In this document: piece by piece, positions 7,782 through 17,461 of the stretch
Layout: every line of letters starts with the position of its first letter
How positions within the stretch are numbered: position 1 is the stretch's first letter
NCBI GenBank assembly: GCA_963762285.1
Contig: CAVXKE010000017.1
Location: forward strand, 97,249 to 161,248
Direction: 5' to 3'
DNA from: an uncultured Alphaproteobacteria bacterium
GTDB lineage: Bacteria; Pseudomonadota; Alphaproteobacteria; Rhizobiales; Xanthobacteraceae
DNA: 64,000 nt
Position numbers and translations under genes: made by a program
The notes under the pieces: generated by a model
Seen by the model: only the letters and a program-made list of their open reading frames with translations
Told to the model about the DNA's origin: nothing
Database searches by the model: none

Positions 7782-10067
7782 ATGACTGAGCAGAAACAGA
7801 AATTCGTTGGCCGCTCCGTTCCGCGCCTGGAAGACCGCCCGCTGCTCACCGGCCAGGGCCGCTTCGCCGCCGATATTTCGTTTCCCGGCCAATGGACGAT
7901 GCGCGTGGTGCGCTCGCCCGCTGCGTATGGAAAATTGAAATCAATCGCCGCCACGGCCGCGCTCGCGCTGCCCGGCGTGCACGCGGTGTGGACCGCGGCC
8001 GACGTGGCGCACATTCCGCCGATCCCGTTCCGGCTCACCGGGTTGAAAGCCTTAGAACCCTACCGTCAGCCGGTGCTGGCGAAGGACGTGGTGCGCTATG
8101 TCGGCGAGCCGGTCGCCGTAGTCTTTGCGGACAACGCATATCTGGCGGAAGACGCCGCCGACCTGGTCGAGCTCGATATCGAGCATCGCCGAGCAACGCT
8201 GCTCGCCACCGAGCAAGCGGGCGTCTACGAGCATGACGGCGCCGAACTGAGCAGCGAGGCGTCAGTCCTGCAAAAAGCGTATGGCGACGTGGACGCCGCC
8301 TTCCGCGCCGCGCATGCCGTTGTTGCGCTTGAGCTTTCCATCGGCCGCCATTCCGGCGTGCCGCTGGAGACGCGCGGCGCCATCGCGCGCTACGACGCAG
8401 CGCGCGACATCCTGGAGCTGCACGGCGCCGCCAAGGTGCCGCACTGGAATCGCGATACGCTGGCGCAAATGCTTGGGCGCAAACGCGAATCCGTCCAGCT
8501 CTACGAGGGCCATGTCGGCGGCGGCTTCGGCATTCGCGGCGAGATTTATCCCGAGGACGTGCTGGTCTGCGCCGCCGCGCTGAAATTCCGCCGTCCGATC
8601 AAATGGATCGAGGACCGGCGCGAGCACCTGATCGCGGCCAATCACTCGCGCCAGCAGACCCATCGCGTGCGCGCCGCCATTGATCGGGACGGCCATATCC
8701 TCGCCATCGACGACGAATTTTTCCACGACAATGGCGCCTATATGCGCACCCACGCCGCCACGGTGCCCGACCTCGCCGCCGCGATGCTGCCGGGGCCCTA
8801 TGTGGTGCCGGCCTATCGCGCCGTCGGCCATATCCGCCTCACCAACAAGACGCCGTGCGGCACCTATCGCGCGCCCGGCCGCTACGAATCCACCTTCGTG
8901 CGCGAGCGCTTGCTCGATGCCATCGCGGCCAAGGTCGGCGTGGATAAGGTCGAAATCCGCCGCCGCAACCTGATCGGCAAGAGCGCGATGCCCTACACAC
9001 TCGGGCTCGATACTCTCGGCACGCACATCGTTTACGACTCCGGGGACTATTCGGCGCTGCTCGACAAGGCGCTACGCCTGGCCGATTGGGACAATTTGCA
9101 GCAGCACCTTCGGCGGCGACGCCAAAACGGCGAAAAAGTCGGCGCCGGGGTTGCGATGTTCGTGGAGAAGAGCGGGCTTGGGCCGTTCGACACCGTGCGT
9201 ATCGAAGTTATACCCGACGGCACGATCGAGGTTATCACCGGCGTCGCCTCGCTCGGCCAAGGCGTTGAAACGGTGATCGCGCAAATCTGCGCCGACGCGC
9301 TCGGCGTCGATTACAGCAACATCAAAGTAATCCACGGCCAGACCAACCGCATCGATAAGGGCATGGGCGCCTTTGCCTCGCGCGTGACGGTGATGTGCGG
9401 GGAAGCCACGCGGCTGGCCGCCACAAAGCTTCGCGATCAGGCGCTGCGCGCCGCCGCCGAGTTGATGCAAACGAGCGCCGCGAACCTCGACATCGTCAAC
9501 GGCGAGGTCGTTAGGATTGGCGGCGGACCGTCGATGCCGCTCGGCGAGCTCGCGCGCGTTATCCCCGGTGGCTTATCCGCCGAGGATACGTTCGAATCCA
9601 CCCACATGGTCTACCCTTACGGCGTCCACATCGCTGCCGTGCGCGTCGATGCCGACACCGGCGGCGTGACCATCGAGCGCTATGCGATCGCCTACGATAT
9701 CGGCAAGGCGGTCAATCCGAAGCTGGTGGAAGGCCAGATCGCCGGCGGCCTGGCGCAGGGCGTCGGCGGCGCGCTGCTGGAGGAATTTCTTTATGACGAG
9801 GCCGGCGAGCCGTTCTCCGTCAGCTTCGCCGATTACCTGATGCCGACGCTACGCGAAACGCCTGAGCTTTCCATCCTGGTCACCGAGGATGCGCCGAGCC
9901 CGCTCAATCCGCTCGGCCTGAAGGGCGCCGGCGAAGGCGGCGCCAATCCGGTCGGCGCGGCAATCGCGTCGGCCATCGACGATGCCCTGCAACGCCCCGG
10001 CGCGGTGACGCGATTGCCGGTCTCGCCGCAGCGGCTGAAGGCGCTCATGGCAAAGGCTAAGGCTTGA
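7782..10067 (+). CDS. Second molybdenum hydroxylase large (Moco) subunit L2
   Basis: VGRSVPRLED, AAKVPHWNR, VGGGFGIRGE, GTYRAPGR, LGQG, FASR, KGAGEGG. Confidence 0.92.
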   Translation: MTEQKQKFVGRSVPRLEDRPLLTGQGRFAADISFPGQWTMRVVRSPAAYGKLKSIAATAALALPGVHAVWTAADVAHIPPIPFRLTGLKALEPYRQPVLAKDVVRYVGEPVAVVFADNAYLAEDAADLVELDIEHRRATLLATEQAGVYEHDGAELSSEASVLQKAYGDVDAAFRAAHAVVALELSIGRHSGVPLETRGAIARYDAARDILELHGAAKVPHWNRDTLAQMLGRKRESVQLYEGHVGGGFGIRGEIYPEDVLVCAAALKFRRPIKWIEDRREHLIAANHSRQQTHRVRAAIDRDGHILAIDDEFFHDNGAYMRTHAATVPDLAAAMLPGPYVVPAYRAVGHIRLTNKTPCGTYRAPGRYESTFVRERLLDAIAAKVGVDKVEIRRRNLIGKSAMPYTLGLDTLGTHIVYDSGDYSALLDKALRLADWDNLQQHLRRRRQNGEKVGAGVAMFVEKSGLGPFDTVRIEVIPDGTIEVITGVASLGQGVETVIAQICADALGVDYSNIKVIHGQTNRIDKGMGAFASRVTVMCGEATRLAATKLRDQALRAAAELMQTSAANLDIVNGEVVRIGGGPSMPLGELARVIPGGLSAEDTFESTHMVYPYGVHIAAVRVDADTGGVTIERYAIAYDIGKAVNPKLVEGQIAGGLAQGVGGALLEEFLYDEAGEPFSVSFADYLMPTLRETPELSILVTEDAPSPLNPLGLKGAGEGGANPVGAAIASAIDDALQRPGAVTRLPVSPQRLKALMAKAKA

Positions 10068-10941
10068 AGTCCGGCCGGTAGCCATCGGCGGTCTTCTCGA
10101 CGCGGCCGGCGAACGGCAGCCCGACATGGCCGGGAAACACCAGCGCGCCGGTGGCCGCACAATAATCCAGCACCTTGCGCCGGGAAACGCGCGCCTGCGC
10201 GGCATCCGAGTTCTTCGGAAAATTCCATTCGGGATAATAGACCTGCAGCAGATGGTGCCAGACGTCGCCGATGAAGGCGGCGCGCTCACCCTTGCTTTCG
10301 AGCTTGAAAATCACATGACCGGGCGAATGGCCGGGCGCCGAGTCGATCTCGATGAAGTCGTTGAGCCGGTAGGGCCCGCCGCTGACCAGGTCGGCCTTGC
10401 CGTATTCGAGGATCGGGACCACGCATTCACGGAAGGTGCCCAGTTCCGCCGGGCCTTCCTTCGGATCGACATCGAGCTTCGAGAAATAATCGACGTCGGG
10501 CTTGGAGAAGACGTAGCGCGCATTGGGAAACGTCGGCAGCCATTTGCCGTCGCGCTGTTGCGTGTTCCAGCCGACGTGATCGTGATGCAGGTGGGTGCAC
10601 ATCACCAGATCGATATCGTCGGGGCGCGCGCCGGCGGCGGCGAGACGCTCCAGATAAGGCTCGTTGAGCATGTGCCAGAACGGCCGGCCCGGCTTGACCT
10701 TGTTGTTGCCGCAGCAGCCGTCAATGAGGATGGTCTTGCCGCCAACCTTCAGCAGCCAGCTATGAACGGAGAGCCTGATGCGGTCGGTCTCGGCCTCGTA
10801 GTGATGCGGCGCCAGCCAATGCTTGTGCTCGGCAAATTGCGCATCCGTCATCGCCGTAAAAATATCGCGCAGCTTGTAGCCGGGGACGTTGGTCTCCTCG
10901 ACGCGCGTGATGGTGGCCTCGCCCACTTTGAACACCGGCAT
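10057..10941 (-). CDS. MBL-fold metallo-hydrolase
   Basis: THLHHDHVGWN, PGHSPGH, FIGD, FPGH; start at MPVFKVGE after AAGGAG. Confidence 0.9.
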   Translation of the reverse strand: MPVFKVGEATITRVEETNVPGYKLRDIFTAMTDAQFAEHKHWLAPHHYEAETDRIRLSVHSWLLKVGGKTILIDGCCGNNKVKPGRPFWHMLNEPYLERLAAAGARPDDIDLVMCTHLHHDHVGWNTQQRDGKWLPTFPNARYVFSKPDVDYFSKLDVDPKEGPAELGTFRECVVPILEYGKADLVSGGPYRLNDFIEIDSAPGHSPGHVIFKLESKGERAAFIGDVWHHLLQVYYPEWNFPKNSDAAQARVSRRKVLDYCAATGALVFPGHVGLPFAGRVEKTADGYRPDFKP

Positions 10942-11086
10942 CTCCTTCGCGGTCGCGCCGCAGCTTGCTTCGCTTTGCTGGCGCGACGGATACTCTCCGG
11001 TGAGTCTTACAGCGTCAAGCCGAAGGCAAGCGAGCCTGCCTCGACGACGCGATGCGCCGCTCATGCGGGCCGAGACAGCAGCATGC

Positions 11087-11551
11087 TCAGCCGAGTTTCT
11101 TCAACAGCGTCACCGCCACCCGCTGCTCATCTTCGGTCAGCGGCGCGAGCGTGGCGGCGGTGATCTCGGCGGCGACCAGTATGGCGGCTTCCGCCACCTG
11201 GCGGCCGCGTTCGGTGAGCGCCACCGCGCGGCGGCGGCGGTCCTTCGGATCGTTGAGCGCGGTGACAAGGCCGCGCGCGCCGATCCGGTCGACCACCCCC
11301 TTGATGGTGGCGGCGTCGAGATAGATCAGCCGGCCGAGATGGTTCTGCGAGCAGGGACCGACCTCGTACAGCTTGGCGAGCGCGGCGAACTGGGTCTGGG
11401 TCAGCCCCTCGATCATGCGCGACGTGAAAATCGCGGTGTGGCGCTGCATGGCGACGCGCAGCAGGAAACCGACCTGGTCGTCGAGCATATAGCGGCTGGG
11501 CACAGCGGCCGCGGCCGCGCGCGTCGCGATTTTCAATTTTTCACGCGGCAT
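11087..11551 (-). CDS. MarR-family regulator, NicR-like
   Basis: QVGFLLRVAMQRH..IF, LTQTQFAAL, SQNHLGR, DAATIKGVVDR, DRRRRAVALT. Confidence 0.85.
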   Translation of the reverse strand: MPREKLKIATRAAAAAVPSRYMLDDQVGFLLRVAMQRHTAIFTSRMIEGLTQTQFAALAKLYEVGPCSQNHLGRLIYLDAATIKGVVDRIGARGLVTALNDPKDRRRRAVALTERGRQVAEAAILVAAEITAATLAPLTEDEQRVAVTLLKKLG

Positions 11552-11567
11552 TGCCCGCCCGTTCCAC

Positions 11568-11581
11568 AACCGTATGCAACT
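11568..11581 (-). promoter_or_regulatory. Candidate MarR autoregulatory operator AGTTGCATACGGTT
   Basis: Matches the motifs at 1668 and 16492; about 17 bp upstream of the marR ATG. Confidence 0.5.
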
Positions 11582-11686
11582 GACGCCCTCACCAGGACGG
11601 GAAATCATGACCGGTATCGGGTTACTGCGAAAGGCCTAAATTCGTTAACCAAAGGGAAAATATCGGGATTTTCGACCGCGACGGCT

Positions 11687-12416
11687 TTACACGGTCAAAT
11701 AGGCTGTTTGCACGTCAAGGTTGGTGTCGAGTTGTGCCATCGAGCCCTGCCAGCGGATCTGGCCCTTCTCGAGCACATAGACCCGGTCGGACACCAGGCG
11801 CGCGAAATGGACGTTCTGCTCCGACAGCAGGATCGACAGCCCCTCCTTCTTCAATTCGACGATCGTTGCCGGCCATCTGCTCGACGATCAGCGGCGCCAC
11901 GCCTTCCGAGGGCTCGTCGAGCAGTACCAGCAGCGGATTGCCCATCAGCGTGCGCGCCACCGTCAGCATCTGCTGCTCGCCGCCGCTCATGCGGCCGCCC
12001 AGGCGGTTCGGCATTTCGGCGAGGTTGGGAAACAGCGCGAACAGCTTCTCCGCCGTCCATGCCGGCGCCGGCGCGCCGTCGGCAAACCGCCGCGGCGGCT
12101 GCCGGCCGATATCGAGATTCTCCATCACTGTCAGGTCGGCGAAGATGCGGCGGTCCTCGGGCGTGAAGCCGAGGCCGCGCCGTGCGATCTCGAACGGCTT
12201 CAGGCGTGAGACGTCCTCGCCGTTGAAACGCACAGTGCCCGCCCGTTCGGCGATGAGGCCCATGACCGCTTTCAGTGTGGTCGATTTGCCGGCGCCGTTG
12301 CGGCCCATCAGCGCCACCACCTCGCCGCGGCCGACCTCGAAGTCAAGATCGTAGAGAATGCGCGCCGCGCCATACCAGGCGCTTAAAGCGTCGACCGCGA
12401 GCATGGCGGCACTCAT
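11687..12416 (-). CDS. Branched-chain amino acid-type ABC ATPase (LivF-like); +1 frameshift ~11870
   Basis: GRNGAGKST, MSGGEQQML, LDEPSEG; correct C-terminus (ILLSEQN...AYLTV*) lies in the adjacent frame. Confidence 0.88.
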
Positions 12417-13177
12417 GGCGCGGCTCCGGCGAAGGTCTTGCCGGTGCCGAAATAGACCTCGCGCACTTGCGCGTTGTCGCGGATCGAGACGGCGTCGCCG
12501 TCGGCAATCAACCGGCCGCGCGCCAGCACGACAATGCGGTCGGCGAAGGCGAACACCACGTCCATCGAATGCTCGGTGAACAGCACCGAGATCTTGCGCT
12601 CCACCACCAGCCGCTTGACCAACGCGATGAGTTCATGACGTTCGCGCGCGGCCATGCCGGCGGTCGGCTCGTCCATCAGCAGCAGACGCGGCTCATTGGC
12701 GAGCGCGATGGCAAGCTCGACGCGCTTGACGTCGCCATAAGCGAGCTCGCGGCTTGGCCGGTCGGCGACCTCGCGCATGCCGACTTGCGCGAGCAGATCG
12801 AGCGCGCGCTCGCGATGCCGCGCGGCGGCGGCGCGCCAGAACCGGTAGATCTCGCCGGCATGGGAGATCAGCGCCATCTGCACATTCTCGGCGACCGTCA
12901 TCGAGCCGAAGGTGGCGGCGACCTGAAAGGTGCGCCCCACCCCAAACCGCCAGATCGCGCGCGGCTCCAAGCCCGCAATGTTCTTGCCCGCCAGCAGGAT
13001 CTCGCCGGAATCCGGCGCAAGCTGGCCGTTGATCATGTTGAAGCAAGTGGTCTTGCCGGCGCCGTTCGGCCCGATCATGGCGAGAAATTCGCCCTGCCCG
13101 ACCGCGAAGCTGACCTCGCTGACCGCGCGCACGCCGCCGAAGGCCTTGGACAGCGAGCGGACTTCGAGCACGCTCAT
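12413..13177 (-). CDS. Branched-chain amino acid-type ABC ATPase (LivG-like)
   Basis: GPNGAGKTT, LAYGD, MDEPTAG, EHSMD. Confidence 0.92.
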   Translation of the reverse strand: MSVLEVRSLSKAFGGVRAVSEVSFAVGQGEFLAMIGPNGAGKTTCFNMINGQLAPDSGEILLAGKNIAGLEPRAIWRFGVGRTFQVAATFGSMTVAENVQMALISHAGEIYRFWRAAAARHRERALDLLAQVGMREVADRPSRELAYGDVKRVELAIALANEPRLLLMDEPTAGMAARERHELIALVKRLVVERKISVLFTEHSMDVVFAFADRIVVLARGRLIADGDAVSIRDNAQVREVYFGTGKTFAGAAP

Positions 13178-15060
13178 GGCTTAGCCCTGCCCTTGCGCCA
13201 GAGCGCCGCGAAGCCGCCGACGAGCCCTTGCGGGAACGCCAGCACCAGCAGCAGGATGATGGCACCTAACAGCGCGCGCCAATATTCGGTCTGCCGCATC
13301 ACCGTATCCTGCAAGGTGGCGAACACGGACGCGCCGACGATCGGCCCGGTCAGCGTCTGGATGCCGCCGAGCAGCACCATGACCAGGCCGTCGATGGAGC
13401 GGCCGACCCCAATCGTCTCCGGCGAGATCGAGCCCTTGGCGAAGGCGAACAATCCGCCGGCCACGCCGCAGACCGCGCCGGCAATGGCAAAGCCGAGCCA
13501 ATGCACGCGCTTGACGTCGATGCCGATCGCCTCGGCGCGCAACGGCGAATCGCGGCCCGCGCGCATGGCATAGCCGAACGGCGCGAACAGAAACCGCCGC
13601 AGCAGCAGCACGCCCGCCACCGTCAGCACCAGCGTGAGCAGGAAATAGACCCAAGACTTGTCGAACGGCGGCGGCGGCCACACGCCGATCACACCGTTGG
13701 AGCCGCCGGTCAGTGCCTCCCATTGGAACACGGCCGCCCACACGATCTGCGCGAAGGCGAGCGTCAGCATGGCAAGATAGACGCCCGACAGCCGGACCGC
13801 GAACCAGCCGAACAGCAGCGCGCCGGCGAGCGCGACCAACGGCGCCGCTACCAGCGCCAGCCCCATCGGCACGCAGAGCCATTTCACCAACAGCGCCGCA
13901 CCATAGGCGCCGAGGCCGAAATAGGCGGCGTGCCCGAACGAATGCATGCCGCCGGGACCGGCGATGAAATGCAGCGAGGTGGCGAACAGCACCGCGATCA
14001 GCACATCGATGCCGAGCACCAGGAGATAGGGCGAGCTCTGCGCCAGCAGCGGCAGGCTGAGCAGCAACGCCAGCACCGCCAGCCCAAGCGCCTTCAGCGC
14101 CGGTGTCGCCGGGCGGATCGGATCTTCCGGCTCGGCGATCGAACGCACCGCCGCCTGCGCGCGGCCCAGGAGGCCGTAGGGCCGCGCGATCAGCACCGCC
14201 GCCATCACCAGGAATTCGGCGACCAGCGTGAGCTTGGAAAAATTCACGCTGACGAAGCCGAAATCGACCACGCCGATGCCGATGCAGATGGCTTTCACCT
14301 CGGCGATGATCACGGCGGCAAGATAGGCGCCGCTGATCGAGCCCATGCCGCCCACCACCACCACCACGAAGGCGTCGCCGATCGCCGTGAGGTCGGTCGC
14401 CAGATTGGCCGGTTCGCGCGCCACCTGCAGCGCGCCGCCGAAGCCGGCGAGCGCCGCGCCGAGCGCGAAAACGGCGGTGAACAGCATCGCCTGGTTGACG
14501 CCGAGCGCGCCGACCATTTCGCGGTCCTGGGTCGCCGCCCGCACCAGCCGGCCGAAGCGCGTGCGCGCCAGCGCGAATTGCAGGACCAGCAGCACCGCCG
14601 GGCCGATGAAGATCAGGAACAGGTCGTAGCTCGGCAATTGCCGGCCGAGCAGTTGAACCGCGCCGCTTAAGCCGGGCGCGCGCGGGCCCAGCAGATCCTC
14701 CGGACCCCACAGCCAGAGCGCTGCGTCGTTGATCACCAGCACCAGCGCGAAGGTGGCGAGCAGTTGGAATAATTCGGGCGCGCGATAGACGCGGCGCAGC
14801 AGCACGACTTCGATCAGCGCGCCGATTGCGCCCACCACCAGCGCGGTCAAGACGATGCCGCCCCAGAAGCCGAGCGCGCCGCCGATCCTGGTGGCGAATG
14901 AATAGGCGATATAGGTCCCCAACATATAGAGGGACCCGTGCGCGATATTGATGATGCGCGATACGCCGAAGATCAGCGATAGGCCGGCGGCGACGAGAAA
15001 GTGACCGGACGCGGAGGACAGTCCGTTGAGGGCCTGAAACAGGAAGGCGGTGAAGGTCAT
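13174..15060 (-). CDS. Fused LivH-LivM-type ABC permease
   Basis: Two BPD_transp_2 halves (GLSLIFG..INIAHG; SFGHAAYFGLG); hydrophobic throughout. Confidence 0.9.
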   Translation of the reverse strand: MTFTAFLFQALNGLSSASGHFLVAAGLSLIFGVSRIINIAHGSLYMLGTYIAYSFATRIGGALGFWGGIVLTALVVGAIGALIEVVLLRRVYRAPELFQLLATFALVLVINDAALWLWGPEDLLGPRAPGLSGAVQLLGRQLPSYDLFLIFIGPAVLLVLQFALARTRFGRLVRAATQDREMVGALGVNQAMLFTAVFALGAALAGFGGALQVAREPANLATDLTAIGDAFVVVVVGGMGSISGAYLAAVIIAEVKAICIGIGVVDFGFVSVNFSKLTLVAEFLVMAAVLIARPYGLLGRAQAAVRSIAEPEDPIRPATPALKALGLAVLALLLSLPLLAQSSPYLLVLGIDVLIAVLFATSLHFIAGPGGMHSFGHAAYFGLGAYGAALLVKWLCVPMGLALVAAPLVALAGALLFGWFAVRLSGVYLAMLTLAFAQIVWAAVFQWEALTGGSNGVIGVWPPPPFDKSWVYFLLTLVLTVAGVLLLRRFLFAPFGYAMRAGRDSPLRAEAIGIDVKRVHWLGFAIAGAVCGVAGGLFAFAKGSISPETIGVGRSIDGLVMVLLGGIQTLTGPIVGASVFATLQDTVMRQTEYWRALLGAIILLLVLAFPQGLVGGFAALWRKGRAKP

Positions 15061-15081
15061 GAGGCGGCCGCCGCAAGCTCT

Positions 15082-15240
15082 CTTCCCCTCTCCCCTTGTG
15101 GGAGAGGGTGGCTCGCGCGGAGCGATAGCGAGCGCGAGCCGGGTGAGGGGTTACAAACTATCGTGAGGCTATCACCCCTCACCCACCCTCGCTCGGCTTC
15201 GCCTCCGCTCGGGTACCCCTCCCACAAGGGGAGAGGGAAG
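15082..15240. repeat. REP-like element, family C (CCCTCTCCCCTTGTGGGAGAGGG...CCCACAAGGGGAGAGGG)
   Basis: Long terminal inverted repeat with internal hairpins; related to the element at 52240. Confidence 0.85.
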
Positions 15241-15262
15241 CGAGTGCGGGGCTAGGCTCACA

Positions 15263-16462
15263 TCAATTTGCTTCCGCCGGCCTCAGCTTTTTGGTCTCGG
15301 CATCGGACGGCAGCACCGAGGCGCCGTCGACATATTTGAAGTCGACCATGGTGCCCTTGCCGTTCTCCAGCGCGATCTTGCCGACATAGGCGCCCATGGT
15401 GGCCTGGTGATCGCTCGCCCGGTAGCTGAACGGGCCGAACGGGCTGTCCACCCGCAGGCCCTTGAACGCCGCCACCAGTTTCTCGGTGTCGGTGGACTTG
15501 GCCTTGGCGATGCCGGCGGCGAGCGACTTGACGGTCACGTAGCCGACGATCGAGCCGAGCCGCGGGTAGTCGTTGTATTTCTTCTGGTAGGCGTTGACGA
15601 AGGCGAGGTGCTCCTTGGTCTTGATCTTGTCCCAGGGATAGCCGGTGACGATCCAGCCGACCGGCGCCTCATCCTTGAGCGGATCGAGATATTCCGGCTC
15701 GCCCGACAAGAGGCTGACCACGGTGCGGTTCTTGAACACGCCGCGGGTATTGCCCTCGCGCACGAACTTGGCGAGGTCGCCGCCGAACAGCACGTTGAAG
15801 ATGGCATCGGGCTTGGCGTCGTCGATCGCCTGCGCCACCGCGCCGGCGTCGATCTTGCCGAGCGGCGGGGCCTGCTCGGTGACGAATTCGACGTCGGGCT
15901 GCGTCTTTTTGAGCAGCGCCTTGAAGTTTTCCGCCGCCGACTGGCCGTATTCGAAATTCGGATAGACCAGCGCCCAGCGTTTCTTCTTGGCGGCGATGGT
16001 CGCCGGCATCAGCATGGCGACCTGCATGTAGGTGGAGGAGCGCAGGCGGAAGGTGTATTTGTTGCCGTTTTGCCAAGTGATCTTGTCGGTGAGCGGTTCG
16101 GCGGCGAGGAAGAACACTTTCTTCTGGCCTGCGAAATTGGTGACCGCCAGGCCGATATTGGACAGGAACGTGCCGGCCAGCATGGCGACGCCTTCGCGCG
16201 TCACCAGCTCCTCGGCGACGCGCACCGCCTCGCCCGGATTGGCGCCGTCGTCGCGCGAGATCAGCTCGATCTTCTTGCCGTTGACGCCGCCCTTGGCGTT
16301 GATCTCCTCCACCGCCATTTCCATGCCCTTCTTGTAGGGATCGAGGAAGGCGGGCACCGCCTTGTAGCTGTTGAGCTCGCCGATCTTGATGGTCTGCTGC
16401 GCCGTGGCCGGCGTGGCGAGGCTGACGGCGAGTGCGAGATACGCGAACCGACGCGTGTTCAT
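15263..16462 (-). CDS. ABC substrate-binding protein (branched-chain/Peripla_BP_6 type)
   Basis: Signal peptide; IKIGELNSY, INAKGGVNG, YTFRLR. Confidence 0.9.
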   Translation of the reverse strand: MNTRRFAYLALAVSLATPATAQQTIKIGELNSYKAVPAFLDPYKKGMEMAVEEINAKGGVNGKKIELISRDDGANPGEAVRVAEELVTREGVAMLAGTFLSNIGLAVTNFAGQKKVFFLAAEPLTDKITWQNGNKYTFRLRSSTYMQVAMLMPATIAAKKKRWALVYPNFEYGQSAAENFKALLKKTQPDVEFVTEQAPPLGKIDAGAVAQAIDDAKPDAIFNVLFGGDLAKFVREGNTRGVFKNRTVVSLLSGEPEYLDPLKDEAPVGWIVTGYPWDKIKTKEHLAFVNAYQKKYNDYPRLGSIVGYVTVKSLAAGIAKAKSTDTEKLVAAFKGLRVDSPFGPFSYRASDHQATMGAYVGKIALENGKGTMVDFKYVDGASVLPSDAETKKLRPAEAN

Positions 16463-16491
16463 GACGAGGCTCCCTGCGTGGCAGCGAATTT

Positions 16492-16532
16492 ATCCGTATG
16501 CAAATAGTCAGACCGCGCCACCGTGCTGTCAA
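16492..16532 (-). promoter_or_regulatory. sigma70-type promoter (TTGACA-N17-GACTAT) with candidate MarR operator ATTTGCATACGGAT (16505-16492)
   Basis: Same architecture as the 1642-1681 promoter. Confidence 0.6.
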
Positions 16533-16550
16533 GCGAAGCTGAGAGATAAA

Positions 16551-16615
16551 TCCGCTCATTCCCGCGTAAGCGGGAATCGCAGCTCTGGGTCCCCGCTTTC
16601 GCGGGGACGAACGGA
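16551..16615. repeat. REP-like element, family B (short spacer)
   Basis: CCGCTCATTCCCGCGTAAGCGGGAATC...CTGGGTCCCCGCTTTCGCGGGGACGAACGG. Confidence 0.85.
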
Positions 16616-16625
16616 AGGAATGCAA

Positions 16626-17444
16626 CTAGCTCTTCGGTCGGTCGCGGAAGCGATCCATCAGGGGCTTGTCCTGGCCGCCGTCGATCTCGATCATGGTGCC
16701 GTTGACCATCTCCATCAACGGCGACGCCAGCATGACGACGAGGTTGGCCACTTCCTCGACCTCGGCGATGCGGCCCATCGGAATCGAGGCCGGTGCCAGC
16801 TTGTCCGCCTGCGCGCGCGGGATTTTCATGTCGCGCGCCATGGCGTCGACCAGCCCGGCCCAGCGCTCGGTGCGCACCGGCCCGGGATTGACCGCGACAA
16901 AGCTGATGTTGTCGCGGCCGTATTGCCCGGCGAGCGACAGCGTGAGGTTCTGCCCGGCGGCATTGGCCGCGCCCGGGCAGATTTCCCAGTAGGACGGTTT
17001 CACACCGTCATTGCCGATCAGGTTGACCACGCGGCCGCCGCCCTGTTTCACCATGATCGGCAGCACGTAGCGCAGGCAGCGTACATAGCCCATGAATTTG
17101 AGCTGAAGCCCCTTCTCCCAATCGTCTTCGGTCAAGTGCTCGATCACGCCGCCGGCGGCGGAACCGGCATTGTTGACCATGATATCGACGCGGCCGAGCG
17201 CCTTGGCGCCCTGTTCGATGAATTTCCTGGCGTCGGTATCCTGGCGCAGATCGGCCGGGATGGCGACGATTTTACGGCCCGTTGCTTTGCCGATCTCGGC
17301 GGCCGCGGCCTCGAGCGGCCCCATGCGGCGCGCGCAGATCGCGACGTCGACGCCCTCCTTGGCCAGCGCGAGCGCGATGCCCTTGCCGATGCCCTCACTG
17401 CCGCCGGTCACCAGCGCGGTCTTGCCCTTGAGCTTGAGGTCCAT
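16626..17444 (-). CDS. Short-chain dehydrogenase/reductase
   Basis: TGGSEGIG, NNAG, NPGPVRTER; the usual catalytic YxxxK is replaced (PGAANAA), so an atypical SDR. Confidence 0.88.
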   Translation of the reverse strand: MDLKLKGKTALVTGGSEGIGKGIALALAKEGVDVAICARRMGPLEAAAAEIGKATGRKIVAIPADLRQDTDARKFIEQGAKALGRVDIMVNNAGSAAGGVIEHLTEDDWEKGLQLKFMGYVRCLRYVLPIMVKQGGGRVVNLIGNDGVKPSYWEICPGAANAAGQNLTLSLAGQYGRDNISFVAVNPGPVRTERWAGLVDAMARDMKIPRAQADKLAPASIPMGRIAEVEEVANLVVMLASPLMEMVNGTMIEIDGGQDKPLMDRFRDRPKS

Positions 17445-17461
17445 CGCTTCCTCCCTAATCT

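Noticed and set aside
1714-10067. Aerobic carbon monoxide dehydrogenase (coxMSL)
   Set aside because: Neither large subunit has AYxCSFR or AYRGAGR, and there are no coxDEFG accessory genes
15057-15263. Coupling mini-ORF across the family-C REP between the SBP and permease
   Set aside because: The TGATG start is in frame with the downstream ATGA but is followed at once by TGA and then TAG, so it is not a clean bridge
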